A stretch of DNA of 32,000 nucleotides from Pseudomonas aeruginosa (GCF_001457615.1 NZ_LN831024.1:5310001-5342000), one strand, 5' to 3'. Numbered from the stretch's first letter, positions 10,422 through 19,774 are shown. The notes: a model not told the origin generated them from the sequence alone. Numbers and translations are program-made.

Positions 10422-10769
10422 ATGAACTCGCCCCGTCAGCTCGACTCGCCGCTCTACCAACTGCTCCACGCCGAAGACATCGAAGGCTTCAACCGACAGA
10501 AGCCGGCCGACGGCTGGATCGACCTGGCCGGCGGCGACTTCCGCGGCCTCGACCTGCGTCTGCTGGATGCCGCCCGCGTCGACTTCAGCGATGCCTATTT
10601 CCGCGGCGCCGACCTGCGCGGCGTGGATCTGCGCGAGGCGCGCCTGGAGGGCGCCAGCCTGGCCCATGCGCAGATATCCGGTACGTATTTCCCGTTGCGC
10701 CTGGCGCCGGACGAGATCCGCATGTCGGTGAACTTCGGCACCCGCCTGCGCTACCTGCCGGAGCCCTGA
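10422..10769 (+). CDS. Small pentapeptide-repeat-like protein
   Basis: MNSPRQLDSPLYQLLHAEDIEGFNRQKPADGWIDLAGGDFRGLDLRLLDAARVDFSDAYFRGADLRGVDLREARLEGASLAHAQISGTYFPLRL...; several A(D/N)LXX-type pentads (FRGADLRGVDLREARLEGASL). Confidence 0.75.
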   Translation: MNSPRQLDSPLYQLLHAEDIEGFNRQKPADGWIDLAGGDFRGLDLRLLDAARVDFSDAYFRGADLRGVDLREARLEGASLAHAQISGTYFPLRLAPDEIRMSVNFGTRLRYLPEP

Positions 10770-10994
10770 GAAGCGGAAGGACCACGCCAGGCCACGTTTT
10801 GCCGGGAGGCCGCTACACTTCTGGCAGGTACCCGGCCGGCTGAGGATCGGTCCCGGACCGCCTACGCCGGATCGTAAGGGCGAAGGCCGCTCGCGTCGGC
10901 CATCTCGCTCCATCGCGCCGGCCCTGTCGGCTCCGGACCGGTTCCAGGCAGTTCCGCGCCATCACGCTTCTGAGCGGCATCGCAAGGACCGACG

Positions 10995-11267
10995 ATGAAC
11001 GACGAACTGCTGAACCTGAAAAACCTCGGGAAAACCTCGACCCAATGGTTGCATGCCGTGGGTATCCACAGCGCCACCGATCTGCGTCGGCTCGGCTCGG
11101 TGGGAGCCTATCGCGCGGTCCGCGCGCGCGGCTTCCGAGCCTCGAAAGTCTTGCTCTATGCCATCGAAGGCGCACTCCTCGACGTTCACTGGAACGAGCT
11201 GTCCCCAGACCACAAGGCCGCACTGCTCGGCGAGCTGGAGACTTTCCCCGTGCGAAACAAGAGCTAG
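10995..11267 (+). CDS. TfoX/Sxy C-terminal-domain-like protein
   Basis: 90 aa MNDELLNLKNLGKTSTQWLHAVGIHSATDLRRLGSVGAYRAVRARGFRASKVLLYAIEGALLDVHWNELSPDHKAALLGEL; 'LxNLGxxSxxWLxxVGIxTxxDLxxLG' pattern of TfoX_C. Confidence 0.85.
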   Translation: MNDELLNLKNLGKTSTQWLHAVGIHSATDLRRLGSVGAYRAVRARGFRASKVLLYAIEGALLDVHWNELSPDHKAALLGELETFPVRNKS

Positions 11268-11365
11268 CTCACACCTGCCACGGGAAGATATTTACTCCCC
11301 CCGGGCGCCCACCTATCGTCTCGTGGACGTTCGTACCTCCTCTCCCGACCAGGCAGCTCAAGGAA

Positions 11366-12169
11366 ATGGCCATGTATCTACTCGGCGAGCAACCGGCTTA
11401 TGCCGACCAATTGATCAATCGCCTGCAGGGGATCCCTCACCGCTTGCTCGAAGGCCTGGCACCCAGCGGCCCCGCCCTGGAACTGGAACGTAGCGACGAC
11501 CTGGAACGCGAGCTGCCCGCCGACCAGGTATTCCTGGTGGAAAGCGGCCTGCTGCATGCGCTGGTCGACGAACGCCCACTGTTCTACCTCCAGGAAGGCG
11601 ACCTCCTCGGCCTTCGACGCGGACTCGAGCTCCCCGCCTGCCGGCATGCCAACGAAGAGCCGATCCGCCTGCTGCCCTATTCGCGCGATGCGCTGCTCCA
11701 GCACATCCATGCTGACCAGGAACGTCAGGAACTGCTATTGCAGTACCTGATCGGACAGACTGCCCTGCTCGGCGATGCGCTGGCGCACCTGAAGCAGCCG
11801 GAAGTCCGCCCGGCCACCGGCTTCCGCCACTTCGCCGCGGGCGAGGCGCTGATCCGCCAGGGCGACGATGCGGATCATGTGTTCATCATCATCGAGGGGC
11901 ATGCCGAAGCGCTGGTGGACGGCCAGAAAGTCGGCGATGTGCAGAAGGACGAGATCTTCGGCGCCATGGCCGTGTTCACTCGCGAGAAACGCAGCGCCAC
12001 GGTGGTCGCCAGCGAACCCTGCACGGTGATGGTGATTCCCAAGGAGCAGTTCCTCGGCCTTATGCAGAACAACCCGCGAATCGCCCATAGCCTGATCGAA
12101 GGCATGGCCCGGCGGATAGACCTGCTTAACCGGGAAGTGACCCAGCTGCGCCTTCGCCGCAGCGCCTGA
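11366..12169 (+). CDS. cbpA: Cyclic-nucleotide-binding-domain protein, cAMP-binding protein A
   Basis: MAMYLLGEQPAYADQLINRLQGIPHRLLEGLAPSG...; cNMP fold AAGEALIRQGDDADHVFIIIEGHAEALVDGQKVGDVQKDEIFGAMAVFTREKRSATVVASEPCTVMVIPKEQF; located just upstream of prrF1. The track start 11045 is too early. Confidence 0.85.
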   Translation: MAMYLLGEQPAYADQLINRLQGIPHRLLEGLAPSGPALELERSDDLERELPADQVFLVESGLLHALVDERPLFYLQEGDLLGLRRGLELPACRHANEEPIRLLPYSRDALLQHIHADQERQELLLQYLIGQTALLGDALAHLKQPEVRPATGFRHFAAGEALIRQGDDADHVFIIIEGHAEALVDGQKVGDVQKDEIFGAMAVFTREKRSATVVASEPCTVMVIPKEQFLGLMQNNPRIAHSLIEGMARRIDLLNREVTQLRLRRSA

Positions 12170-12222
12170 GGCCCATTCCAGAGGGCTCGCGACTAGCTAG
12201 CAGAAAAGTTTGGCGAAAGCGT

Positions 12223-12251
12223 TTGACATGGAAATGAGAATCATTATTATG
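12223..12251 (+). promoter_or_regulatory. prrF1 promoter with overlapping Fur box
   Basis: TTGACA (12223-12228), 16 nt, TATTAT (12245-12250); Fur-like GAAATGAGAATCATTATTATG at 12231-12251. Confidence 0.85.
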
Positions 12252-12257
12252 TCACTC

Positions 12258-12373
12258 AACTGGTCGCGAGATCAGCCGGTAAGCTGAGAGACCCACGCAG
12301 TCGGACTCTTCAGATTATCTCCTCATCAGGCTAATCACGGTTTTTGACCCGGCACTTTGCCGGGTCTTTTTTT
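12258..12373 (+). ncRNA. prrF1: Iron-responsive sRNA PrrF1
   Basis: AACTGGTCGCGAGATCAGCCGGTAAGCTGAGAGACC...CAGTCGGACTCTTCAGATTATCTCCTCATCAGGCTAATCACGG..., terminator GACCCGGCACTTTGCCGGGTCTTTTTTT; near-identical copy at 12469. Confidence 0.96.
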
Positions 12374-12434
12374 GCCTGCGATTCGGCCGGAGACGACCGT
12401 TCATCGGCTGGCGATGGAATGAATGAGAACCGGC

Positions 12435-12463
12435 TTGACCTGATAATGAGAATAGTTATTATT
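12435..12463 (+). promoter_or_regulatory. prrF2 promoter with overlapping Fur box
   Basis: TTGACC (12435-12440), 16 nt, TATTAT (12457-12462); Fur-like TGATAATGAGAATAGTTATTATT at 12441-12463. Confidence 0.85.
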
Positions 12464-12468
12464 ACAAC

Positions 12469-12582
12469 AACTGGTCGCGAGGCCAGCAGGTAAGCTGAGA
12501 GACCAAGCAGTCGGACTCTTCAGATTATCTCCTCATCAGGCTAATCACGGTTTCGACCCGGCACTTTGCCGGGTCTTTTTTT
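12469..12582 (+). ncRNA. prrF2: Iron-responsive sRNA PrrF2
   Basis: AACTGGTCGCGAGGCCAGCAGGTAAGCTGAGAGACCAAGCAGTCGGACTCTTCAGATTATCTCCTCATCAGGCTAATCACGGTTTCGACCCGGCACTTTGCCGGGTCTTTTTTT; differs from prrF1 by a few substitutions and two small gaps. Confidence 0.96.
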
Positions 12583-12632
12583 GCCCGCGAAAACGTAGCG
12601 CGATACACGGCTCCAGGCCTCGCGCCCTTCCT

Positions 12633-13520
12633 TCAACGTGCCTTCTTCATCTCCGCGCAATAGTCCTTGTCCGGCTGTGCCGGCGTGTACCAGGCGTAGT
12701 CGGCCTCACGCGTCGTTACCGCCTGCCCGGCCTCGACCAGCATCAGTACCTGCGCACCCTTCTCCGCACCAAGGTCGCGCAGGTGGACCGGTACGCCGAG
12801 GTCGCGCCGGGCGTGGAAGCTGCCGGCGACGAGCATCGCCGGCAGTGGCGCATCGCGAAAACGCTCGGCCATACGGCGGTCACGTTGCTGCTGGACGGCG
12901 AGCATCGCCGGCAATTGATCGTCGGGAAGCATGCCGCAGTGGGATTCGCGAATCTGCGCAAGCAGCGGCAGGCGCACGCTGTCACGCCTGGAGGCCGTTC
13001 CGGGAAGCGGCGGACGCTCCCTGTAGATGCGCATGATCTCGCTCCGCTGGAGGTTCGCCGCCAGCAACGGCGCGGGTTGCGCAACCGCCCAGGACACCAG
13101 GGGTCCGTACTGCGTCCAGTCCCAACCTTTCTGCCAGTCCAGGGCCTGCTCCAGGTTCGCCACCGGCTTGCCGGTCCCGAGTTGTGCGCGGACCGCATCC
13201 ACCCGTGGTTGCTGGCCGGGATCGAGCATTTCCAGCAGCAGGCTGCCCTGCGCCCGATATTCGCCCAGGGCCTGCGCCAGCCACAGTTCCACGGCATGAT
13301 GATCGGGATTGTCGTGCTTCTCGCCGACGATCACTCGCGGCGCGGCCGCCAGGCGTGCGACCAGTTGCTGCGGGCTCAGCGTCACGCCGCTGCGCAATTC
13401 GACTATTCGTCCCGTCTGCGGATCGTCGCGCCCTTCCGCGCTCTGCCAATCAGGCAGCGGCGGCAGTTGGGACTGGCAGCCGCCCAGCAGCAGACAGAAA
13501 GCGAACAGGCGAATGCGCAT
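12633..13520 (-). CDS. phuW: ChaN-family haem-associated lipoprotein
   Basis: 295 aa; lipobox LLLGGCQS; VIVGEKHDNPDHHAVELWLAQAL (ChaN); end of the phu operon. Confidence 0.9.
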   Translation of the reverse strand: MRIRLFAFCLLLGGCQSQLPPLPDWQSAEGRDDPQTGRIVELRSGVTLSPQQLVARLAAAPRVIVGEKHDNPDHHAVELWLAQALGEYRAQGSLLLEMLDPGQQPRVDAVRAQLGTGKPVANLEQALDWQKGWDWTQYGPLVSWAVAQPAPLLAANLQRSEIMRIYRERPPLPGTASRRDSVRLPLLAQIRESHCGMLPDDQLPAMLAVQQQRDRRMAERFRDAPLPAMLVAGSFHARRDLGVPVHLRDLGAEKGAQVLMLVEAGQAVTTREADYAWYTPAQPDKDYCAEMKKAR

Positions 13521-13530
13521 GGCGACTCCT

Positions 13531-14298
13531 TCAACGGGCGACGATCAGCGGATGACCTCGCTCGGGATGACGCTGGACCAGGACCTCGAGGCCGAACACC
13601 GCGCGCAACGGCTCGGGGCGCAGGACTTCCTCGGGCGTACCGAGCAGGTGCGGGCGACCATTCTGCAACAGCAGCAGGCGGTCGCAATAGCGCGCGGCCA
13701 GGTTGAGATCGTGGAGGATCACCAGCACCGAGGCACCGCGGCGGGCGAAATCATGCACCGCCTGCAGGGTGGTGTGCTGGTGCAGCGGGTCGAGCGCCGA
13801 GGTCGGTTCGTCGAGCAGCAGCACCTGCCCCGGCTCGCCCGGCCACAGCTGCGCCAGCACCCGCGCCAGGTGCACGCGCTGGCGTTCGCCGCCGGACAGC
13901 GCCAGGTAGCTGCGCCCGGCCAGATGGCTGGCGTCGGCCGCCGCCAAGGCCTCGGCGACGATCTGCACATCGCGCTCGCGGCCGCTGGAATGGGGCAGCC
14001 GACCGAAGCCGACCACCGCCTCCACCGGAAAGGCGAAGCCCAGCGACGAACTCTGCGGCAGCACCGCCAGGCGCTGCGCGCGAGCGACGCCCGGCCAGTC
14101 GTCGAGGCCGCGCTCGTCGAGCAGCACCAGCCCTTCGGCCGGCTCCAGTTCGCCACAGAGAGCGCCAAGCAAGGTGCTCTTGCCAGCGCCGTTGGGGCCG
14201 AGTACGCCGAGCATCTCGCCAGGCCGCAGCTCCAGTTCGAGGCCTTCCAGTACAGTCTTTCCGCCACGGCGGATGGACAGGTTCTCCACGCGCAGCAT
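13531..14298 (-). CDS. phuV: Haemin ABC transporter ATP-binding protein
   Basis: 255 aa from [47 protein letters not shown]...; signature [18 protein letters not shown]; Walker [13 protein letters not shown]. Confidence 0.96.
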
Positions 14299-15335
14299 CA
14301 GGCCCGCCCCCGCAATAGCAGATAAAGGAAGAACGGCGCGCCGATCAGTGCCGTGACGATGCCGATCGGCAACTCCGCCGGAGCCAGCGCCAGGCGCGCC
14401 AGCAGGTCGGCAAGCAGCAGGAGAATGGCGCCGGCCATCATCGAGGCCGGCAGCAACGTCCGATGATCCGGACCGGCAACCAGACGGATCAGGTGCGGTA
14501 CCACCAGGCCGATGAAGCCGATCATCCCCGCCGCCGCCACTGCGGCGCCGACGCCAAGGGCAGTGCAAAGCACCAGTTCGGCCTTCAATCGCTCGACGTC
14601 GAAGCCCAGGTGACGGGCCTCGGACTCGCCGAGCAGCAGTGCGTTCAGCGCATCTGCCCGGCGCGGTAGCCAGCAGGCCACCAGCAGCGCCACCAGCAGC
14701 AGCGGCCAGAGTCGTGGGTAGCTGGCGCCGTTCAGGCTGCCCAGGTTCCAGAAGGTCAGGGTACGCAAGGTGGCGTCATCGGCGAGATAGGTAAACAGTC
14801 CGATCACCGCGCCGGACAGCGCGGTCAGGGCGATCCCTGCCAGCAACATGGTGGCCACGCTGGTCTGGCCATCGCGGCGGCCAAGTCGATAGACCAGCCA
14901 GGTCACCCCCAGGCCGCCGCCGAAGGCGCACAGTGACAGCAGGTAAGGCGCGAGGAACGCCGGCAAGCCACCCAGCGAGGCGCCGAACACGATGGCCAGC
15001 GCCGCGCCAAGGGCCGCGCCGCTGGACACCCCGACCAGCCCTGGATCGGCTAGCGGGTTGCGGAACAGGCCCTGCATCGCCACCCCGGACAGCGCCAGCA
15101 CCGCGCCCACGGCCAGGCCGAGCAGGGTCCGCGGCAGGCGGATCTGGCCGAGGATCATTTCCGCCTGGGCCAGGCCCGCTCCATCGAGCGGCAGCCCGGC
15201 CAGGCGCAGCGCGGCGCGCAGGGTATCGCCCAGCGGCAGGCTGACGGGACCGAGGGCGAGGGACAACCAGAGGACCAACACGAGCGAAATCCCCAGCGCA
15301 CCGAACAGTGCGCGGGGGCGAACAACCGATTTCAA
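14298..15335 (-). CDS. phuU: Haem ABC transporter permease
   Basis: 345 aa, FecCD-type permease ([40 protein letters not shown]); TTG start at 15335 overlapping the phuT stop. Confidence 0.94.
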
Positions 15336-16225
15336 TGGGCGGCTTCCATACTCAGCGGTTTCGCGGAAGGATAAAAGGCTGCGGAGAGAGCCGCCAGGCC
15401 ATCCGGCAGGCGCGGACCGAGGCCGCCCACCAGGAGCGTCGGGTCAAGCACCAGCAGACGTCCGTCACGCGCCGCGCGGGTCGCGGCGAGCCCGGGGTTC
15501 TGCTTGAGCAGCGCGGCACGCGCCGCATCACCTTCGAGGCTGCGGTCGGCGATCACCACCGCGACCGGATCGAGCGCTGCCAGGGCTTCCACCGAGATCG
15601 GCTTGTAACCCTCATGGGTAGCCAGGTTGCGTGCTCCGGCTCGGTTCAGGACCCAATCGCCGCCGGTATTGCGCCCGGCTACCAGCAACTGACCGCCGGC
15701 GTTGCCGATCACCAGCAGGACGCCCGGGGCCGGCTGACTCTTCTGCGCGGCCGCGATCCAGTCCGCCTGGCGCCGCAGCCGCTGACGATAGTCAAGTTCG
15801 GCGGCCTCGGCGCGCTGGGGCACGCCGAGCCAGTCGCCGAGCTTCTTCAGGTTGCTTTCCAGTGCCTCCAGATCCGGCCTGGCGGAGAGGGTCTCGACCC
15901 GCACGCCGGCGCCTTCGAGCTGCTTGAGTACCGGCGGAGGCCCCATTTCCTCGGTGCCGATGAGGATATCCGGACGTAACGCCAGCACGCCCTCGGCAGC
16001 CAGTTGGCGCTGGTAGCCGACGCTCGGCAACTGTTTCAGCGCCTGCGGATGCTGGCTGGTGGTGTCCACCCCGACCAGCTTGCTCTCGCCGCCCAGCGCC
16101 ACCACCCATTCGCTCAGCGAGCCGCCCGCGCTCACCCAGCGTTGCGGCAGCTCGGCGGCCTGGGCCATGCCGGTGCCGAGCAGGATGCCCAGCGCCAACC
16201 CGTTGAATAGTCGATCGATACGCAT
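15332..16225 (-). CDS. phuT: Periplasmic haem-binding protein
   Basis: 297 aa; signal peptide MRIDRLFNGLALGILLGTGMAQA; AELPQRWVSAGGSLSEWVVALGGESKLVGVDTTSQHPQALKQLPSVGYQRQLAAEGVLALRPDILIG. Confidence 0.94.
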   Translation of the reverse strand: MRIDRLFNGLALGILLGTGMAQAAELPQRWVSAGGSLSEWVVALGGESKLVGVDTTSQHPQALKQLPSVGYQRQLAAEGVLALRPDILIGTEEMGPPPVLKQLEGAGVRVETLSARPDLEALESNLKKLGDWLGVPQRAEAAELDYRQRLRRQADWIAAAQKSQPAPGVLLVIGNAGGQLLVAGRNTGGDWVLNRAGARNLATHEGYKPISVEALAALDPVAVVIADRSLEGDAARAALLKQNPGLAATRAARDGRLLVLDPTLLVGGLGPRLPDGLAALSAAFYPSAKPLSMEAAH

Positions 16226-16234
16226 GATCTCTCC

Positions 16235-17299
16235 TCAGAGCGCCTTGAAGGATTCGGCCAGTTCGCGCCAGTCGTCGCGCTCGGGCTCGCCGGGCTTGCG
16301 TGCGCCGAACAGTTGCACGATCAGTTCGCCGTCGGCGTCGAAGGCCTCCCAGCTGGTTACGATGCCATCGGTGCTCGGCTTGCGCACCCGCCAAAGCTCG
16401 GCGATGCCGGTGGTCTTCAGGTGCAGGTTGAATTCCGGATCGAGCACGTTGAACCAGTCGTCCAGCCACTTCAGGTTGCACACAGGCCCGGTATGGATCT
16501 GGATGCAGTGGGCGTTGCCGACGAACACCATGATCGGCAATCCGCTTTCGGCCGCCGCTTCGAAGAGTTTCGCCAGGTCGCCCTTATCCAGGCGCTCGGC
16601 CCATTCGCCGCCAGCCAGGCGCAGCGCCTGGGTGCGCTGCGCGCCATGCTTCTTCAGCAGGGCGTGGAAATGATGGGTGTCCTTCAACGCGGCCCAGCCT
16701 TCGCGCAAGGCGGCGGCATCGATCTGCGCATCGACGAGCGCCGCAGCCGGTGCGCGGGGTTCGTGCAGCGCCAGCACGGCCTCCTGCTCGGCAGCCCGCA
16801 GGCGCTCGACCAGCGGTTCCCAGGCGCGGACGTCGCTGGCCTCGGTAAGGAACACCTTGTGCACCGCCACGCCCTGCTGGTCGAACACCTGGATGCTGCG
16901 CTGGGTACCCCGCGCTGTCTCCTCGGCAATGGCGAAGACGGCGTTCCACCCCCCCAGGAACAGGCGCAGGTCGATATCCGGCGAGACCACCAGGCCCATC
17001 TGCCCATTGGCAGAGACCGTCACTTCGCGATACGGCCCCTTGCGTTCGTGGACGCAATGCTCGTTGCGGGTCAGCGCCATGATCGGCCCCAGTTCGCCGA
17101 GCGCCGGCAGCAAGGCGGCCCAGTCCGGCCGCAGGCGCACGGCATCGATGCCGACCCGGCTGGCGACCAGCTCGCCTTCGCTGACCTGCAACAGCGCGGC
17201 GGCGTCGCGCGCGCGTAGCTGCGGTCGCTCGGCGCGCAGGTCCTGCCAGGCGCGGTAAAGCTCGGCAGGGGAATGGGAAAGGCTGGGAGTGCTGCTCAT
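16235..17299 (-). CDS. phuS: Cytoplasmic haem-trafficking protein (HemS/ChuX family)
   Basis: 354 aa from MSSTPSLSHSPAELYRAWQDLRAERPQLRARDAAALLQVSEGELVASRVG... to ...DDWRELAESFKAL; the track ORF 16235..19846 is this gene plus a spurious antisense extension over phuR. Confidence 0.95.
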   Translation of the reverse strand: MSSTPSLSHSPAELYRAWQDLRAERPQLRARDAAALLQVSEGELVASRVGIDAVRLRPDWAALLPALGELGPIMALTRNEHCVHERKGPYREVTVSANGQMGLVVSPDIDLRLFLGGWNAVFAIAEETARGTQRSIQVFDQQGVAVHKVFLTEASDVRAWEPLVERLRAAEQEAVLALHEPRAPAAALVDAQIDAAALREGWAALKDTHHFHALLKKHGAQRTQALRLAGGEWAERLDKGDLAKLFEAAAESGLPIMVFVGNAHCIQIHTGPVCNLKWLDDWFNVLDPEFNLHLKTTGIAELWRVRKPSTDGIVTSWEAFDADGELIVQLFGARKPGEPERDDWRELAESFKAL

Positions 17300-17384
17300 C
17301 GACGGTTCCTCGGGCATATCCGGTTCGGTCGCGCTACGCGCAAAAACAGGTGAACTTTGCCACAAAACGCATATCTGAATCCAT

Positions 17385-17405
17385 TTGATAATTATTTGCA
17401 TTAGC
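17385..17405. promoter_or_regulatory. Candidate Fur box in the phuS-phuR divergent intergenic region
   Basis: TTTGATAATTATTTGCATTAG, similar to GATAATGATAATCATTATC, in an AT-rich stretch between divergent haem-uptake operons. Confidence 0.7.
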
Positions 17406-17479
17406 GTTTTTCTGGCAGTACCTTGTGCGCCCGACGTCCCCCTGGCTATTCGCCACCGGCCCGACCCAAGGAGTCCCAC

Positions 17480-19774
17480 ATGCCGCTCTCCCCGCCCTTC
17501 GCCCTGCGCCCCTGCCTGGCCCTGCTGTTGCTCAGCCCTTCCCTGGCCCTGGCGGGGAACGCCGTCCCGCTGACCCCGACCACCATCACCGCCACCCGTA
17601 CCGAGCAGGCAGTGGATTCGGTGCCAAGCACCGTCAGCGTGCAGACCCGCGAACAACTGGACCGGCAGAACGTCAACAACATCAAGGAACTGGTGCGCTA
17701 CGAACCGGGAGTCTCGGTCGGCGGCGCCGGCCAGCGTGCCGGGATCACCGGCTACAACATCCGCGGCATCGACGGGAACCGCATCCTTACGCAGATCGAC
17801 GGGGTCGAACTGCCCAACGACTTCTTCAGCGGCCCCTACGCGCAGACCCACCGCAACTACGTCGATCCGGACATCGTAAAGCGCGTGGAAATCCTTCGCG
17901 GCCCGGCCTCGGCGCTGTACGGCAGCAACGCCATCGGCGGCGCGGTGAGCTACTTCACCCTCGACCCGTCGGACATCATCAAGGACGGCAAGGACGTCGG
18001 CGCCCGGCTGAAGGCCGGCTACGAGTCGGCCAGCCACTCCTGGTTGACCTCGGCCACCGTCGCCGGCCGCGCCGACGACTTCGACGGCCTGCTGCATTAT
18101 GGCTACCGCCAGGGCCACGAGACCGAATCCAACGGCGGCCACGGCGGCACCGGGCTCTCGCGCAGCGAAGCCAACCCGGAAGACGCCGACAGCTACAGCC
18201 TGCTCGGCAAGCTGGGCTGGAACTACGCCGAGGGCAGCCGCTTCGGGCTGGTCTTCGAGAAGTACAAGAGCGACGTCGATACCGACCAGAAGAGCGCCTA
18301 TGGCGGCCCGTACGACAAGGGCAAGCCGGCCATCCCGCCGAGCATGCTGCCGGGCGGCATGTACCAGTGGCGCAAGGGCAACGACACCCTGACTCGCGAG
18401 CGCTACGGCCTGGAGCACCATTTCCTGCTCGACAGCCCGGTCGCCGATCGCATCCAGTGGAGCCTGAACTACCAGTTGGCGAAGACCGACCAGGCGACCC
18501 GCGAGTTCTACTACCCGATCACCCGCAAGGTCCTGCGCACCCGCGACACTACCTACAAGGAACGCCTGTGGGTCTTCGACAGCCAGTTGGACAAGAGCTT
18601 CGCCATCGGCGAGACCGAGCACCTGCTGAGCTACGGGATCAATCTCAAGCACCAGAAGGTCACCGGCATGCGCAGCGGCACCGGCACCAACCTGGACACC
18701 GGCGCGGACAGCCCGCGCGATGCCCTGGAACGCAGCAGCGACTTTCCCGATCCGACGGTGAAGACCTACGCCCTGTTCGCCCAGGACAGCATCAGCTGGA
18801 ACGACTGGACCTTCACTCCCGGCCTGCGTTACGACTACACGCGCATGGAGCCGCACATCACCGACGAGTTCCTGCGCACCATGAAGCAGAGCCAGAACAC
18901 CGCGGTCGACGAGTCGGACAAGAAATGGCACCGGGTTTCGCCCAAGTTCGGCGTGACCTACGACTTCGCCCAGCACTACACCTGGTACGGCCAATACGCC
19001 CAGGGCTTCCGCACGCCCACCGCCAAGGCGCTGTACGGTCGATTCGAGAACCTGCAGGCGGGCTACCACATCGAGCCTAACCCCAACCTCAAGCCGGAAA
19101 AGAGCCAGAGCTTCGAGACCGGGTTGCGCGGCAAGTTCGACGAAGGCAGCTTCGGCGTAGCGGTGTTCTACAACAAATATCGCGACTTCATCGACGAAGA
19201 CGCCCTGAATACCGATAGCACCGGCGGCAACGGCCAGACCTTCCAGTCCAACAACATCGAGCGGGCGGTGATCAAGGGCGTCGAGCTCAAGGGCCGCCTG
19301 GAGCTGGGCGCCTTCGGCGCGCCGCAGGGGCTCTACACCCAGGGCAGCGTGGCCTACGCCTACGGTCGCAACAAGGACAACGGCGAGCCGATCAACAGCG
19401 TCAACCCACTCACCGGAGTGTTCGGCCTGGGCTACGACGAAGCAGACGGCAACTACGGCGGGCTGCTCAGCTGGACCCTGGTCAAACGCAAGGATCGCGT
19501 CGACGACAGCACCTTCCACACCCCGGATGGCACCGCCAGCCAGTTCAAGACCCCGGGCTTCGGCGTCCTCGACCTCAGCGCCTACTACAGGCTGAGCAAG
19601 GACCTGACCCTCAACGCCGGTCTCTACAACCTGACCGACAAGAAATACTGGCTGTGGGATGACGTGCGCGGCTACGACAGCGTCGGCGAGGCTTCGGCGC
19701 TGGCCCCGGCCAACATCGACCGACTGTCCCAGCCAGGCCGCAATTTCGCGGTCAACCTGGTCTGGGACATCTGA
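17480..19774 (+). CDS. phuR: TonB-dependent haem outer-membrane receptor
   Basis: 764 aa from MPLSPPFALRPCLALLLLSPSLALAGNAVPLTPTTITATRTEQAVDSVPSTVSVQTREQLDRQNVNNIKELVRYEPGVSV...; plug and barrel (NPNLKPEKSQSFETGLRGKF); RBS AAGGAG at 17468-17473. Confidence 0.96.
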   Translation: MPLSPPFALRPCLALLLLSPSLALAGNAVPLTPTTITATRTEQAVDSVPSTVSVQTREQLDRQNVNNIKELVRYEPGVSVGGAGQRAGITGYNIRGIDGNRILTQIDGVELPNDFFSGPYAQTHRNYVDPDIVKRVEILRGPASALYGSNAIGGAVSYFTLDPSDIIKDGKDVGARLKAGYESASHSWLTSATVAGRADDFDGLLHYGYRQGHETESNGGHGGTGLSRSEANPEDADSYSLLGKLGWNYAEGSRFGLVFEKYKSDVDTDQKSAYGGPYDKGKPAIPPSMLPGGMYQWRKGNDTLTRERYGLEHHFLLDSPVADRIQWSLNYQLAKTDQATREFYYPITRKVLRTRDTTYKERLWVFDSQLDKSFAIGETEHLLSYGINLKHQKVTGMRSGTGTNLDTGADSPRDALERSSDFPDPTVKTYALFAQDSISWNDWTFTPGLRYDYTRMEPHITDEFLRTMKQSQNTAVDESDKKWHRVSPKFGVTYDFAQHYTWYGQYAQGFRTPTAKALYGRFENLQAGYHIEPNPNLKPEKSQSFETGLRGKFDEGSFGVAVFYNKYRDFIDEDALNTDSTGGNGQTFQSNNIERAVIKGVELKGRLELGAFGAPQGLYTQGSVAYAYGRNKDNGEPINSVNPLTGVFGLGYDEADGNYGGLLSWTLVKRKDRVDDSTFHTPDGTASQFKTPGFGVLDLSAYYRLSKDLTLNAGLYNLTDKKYWLWDDVRGYDSVGEASALAPANIDRLSQPGRNFAVNLVWDI

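Larger units (their letters stand above)
12258..12582 (+). ncRNA. prrH: Haem-responsive composite sRNA PrrH (read-through of the prrF1 terminator across prrF2)
   Basis: Span from prrF1 start to prrF2 terminator is 325 nt, matching the known tandem architecture. Existence of the read-through transcript is from established knowledge, not visible in the DNA. Confidence 0.75.

Noticed and set aside
8687-10423. 578-aa minus-strand ORF antisense to the phosphotransferase/kinase gene
   Set aside because: Shadow ORF; no domain pattern, while the plus strand shows clear catalytic motifs.
11244-11365. Possible Vfr/CRP site upstream of cbpA (TGCGA ... TCACA)
   Set aside because: The right half TCACA (11269-11273) is good, but the left half at the proper N6 spacing is CAAGA, so only a half-site is supported.
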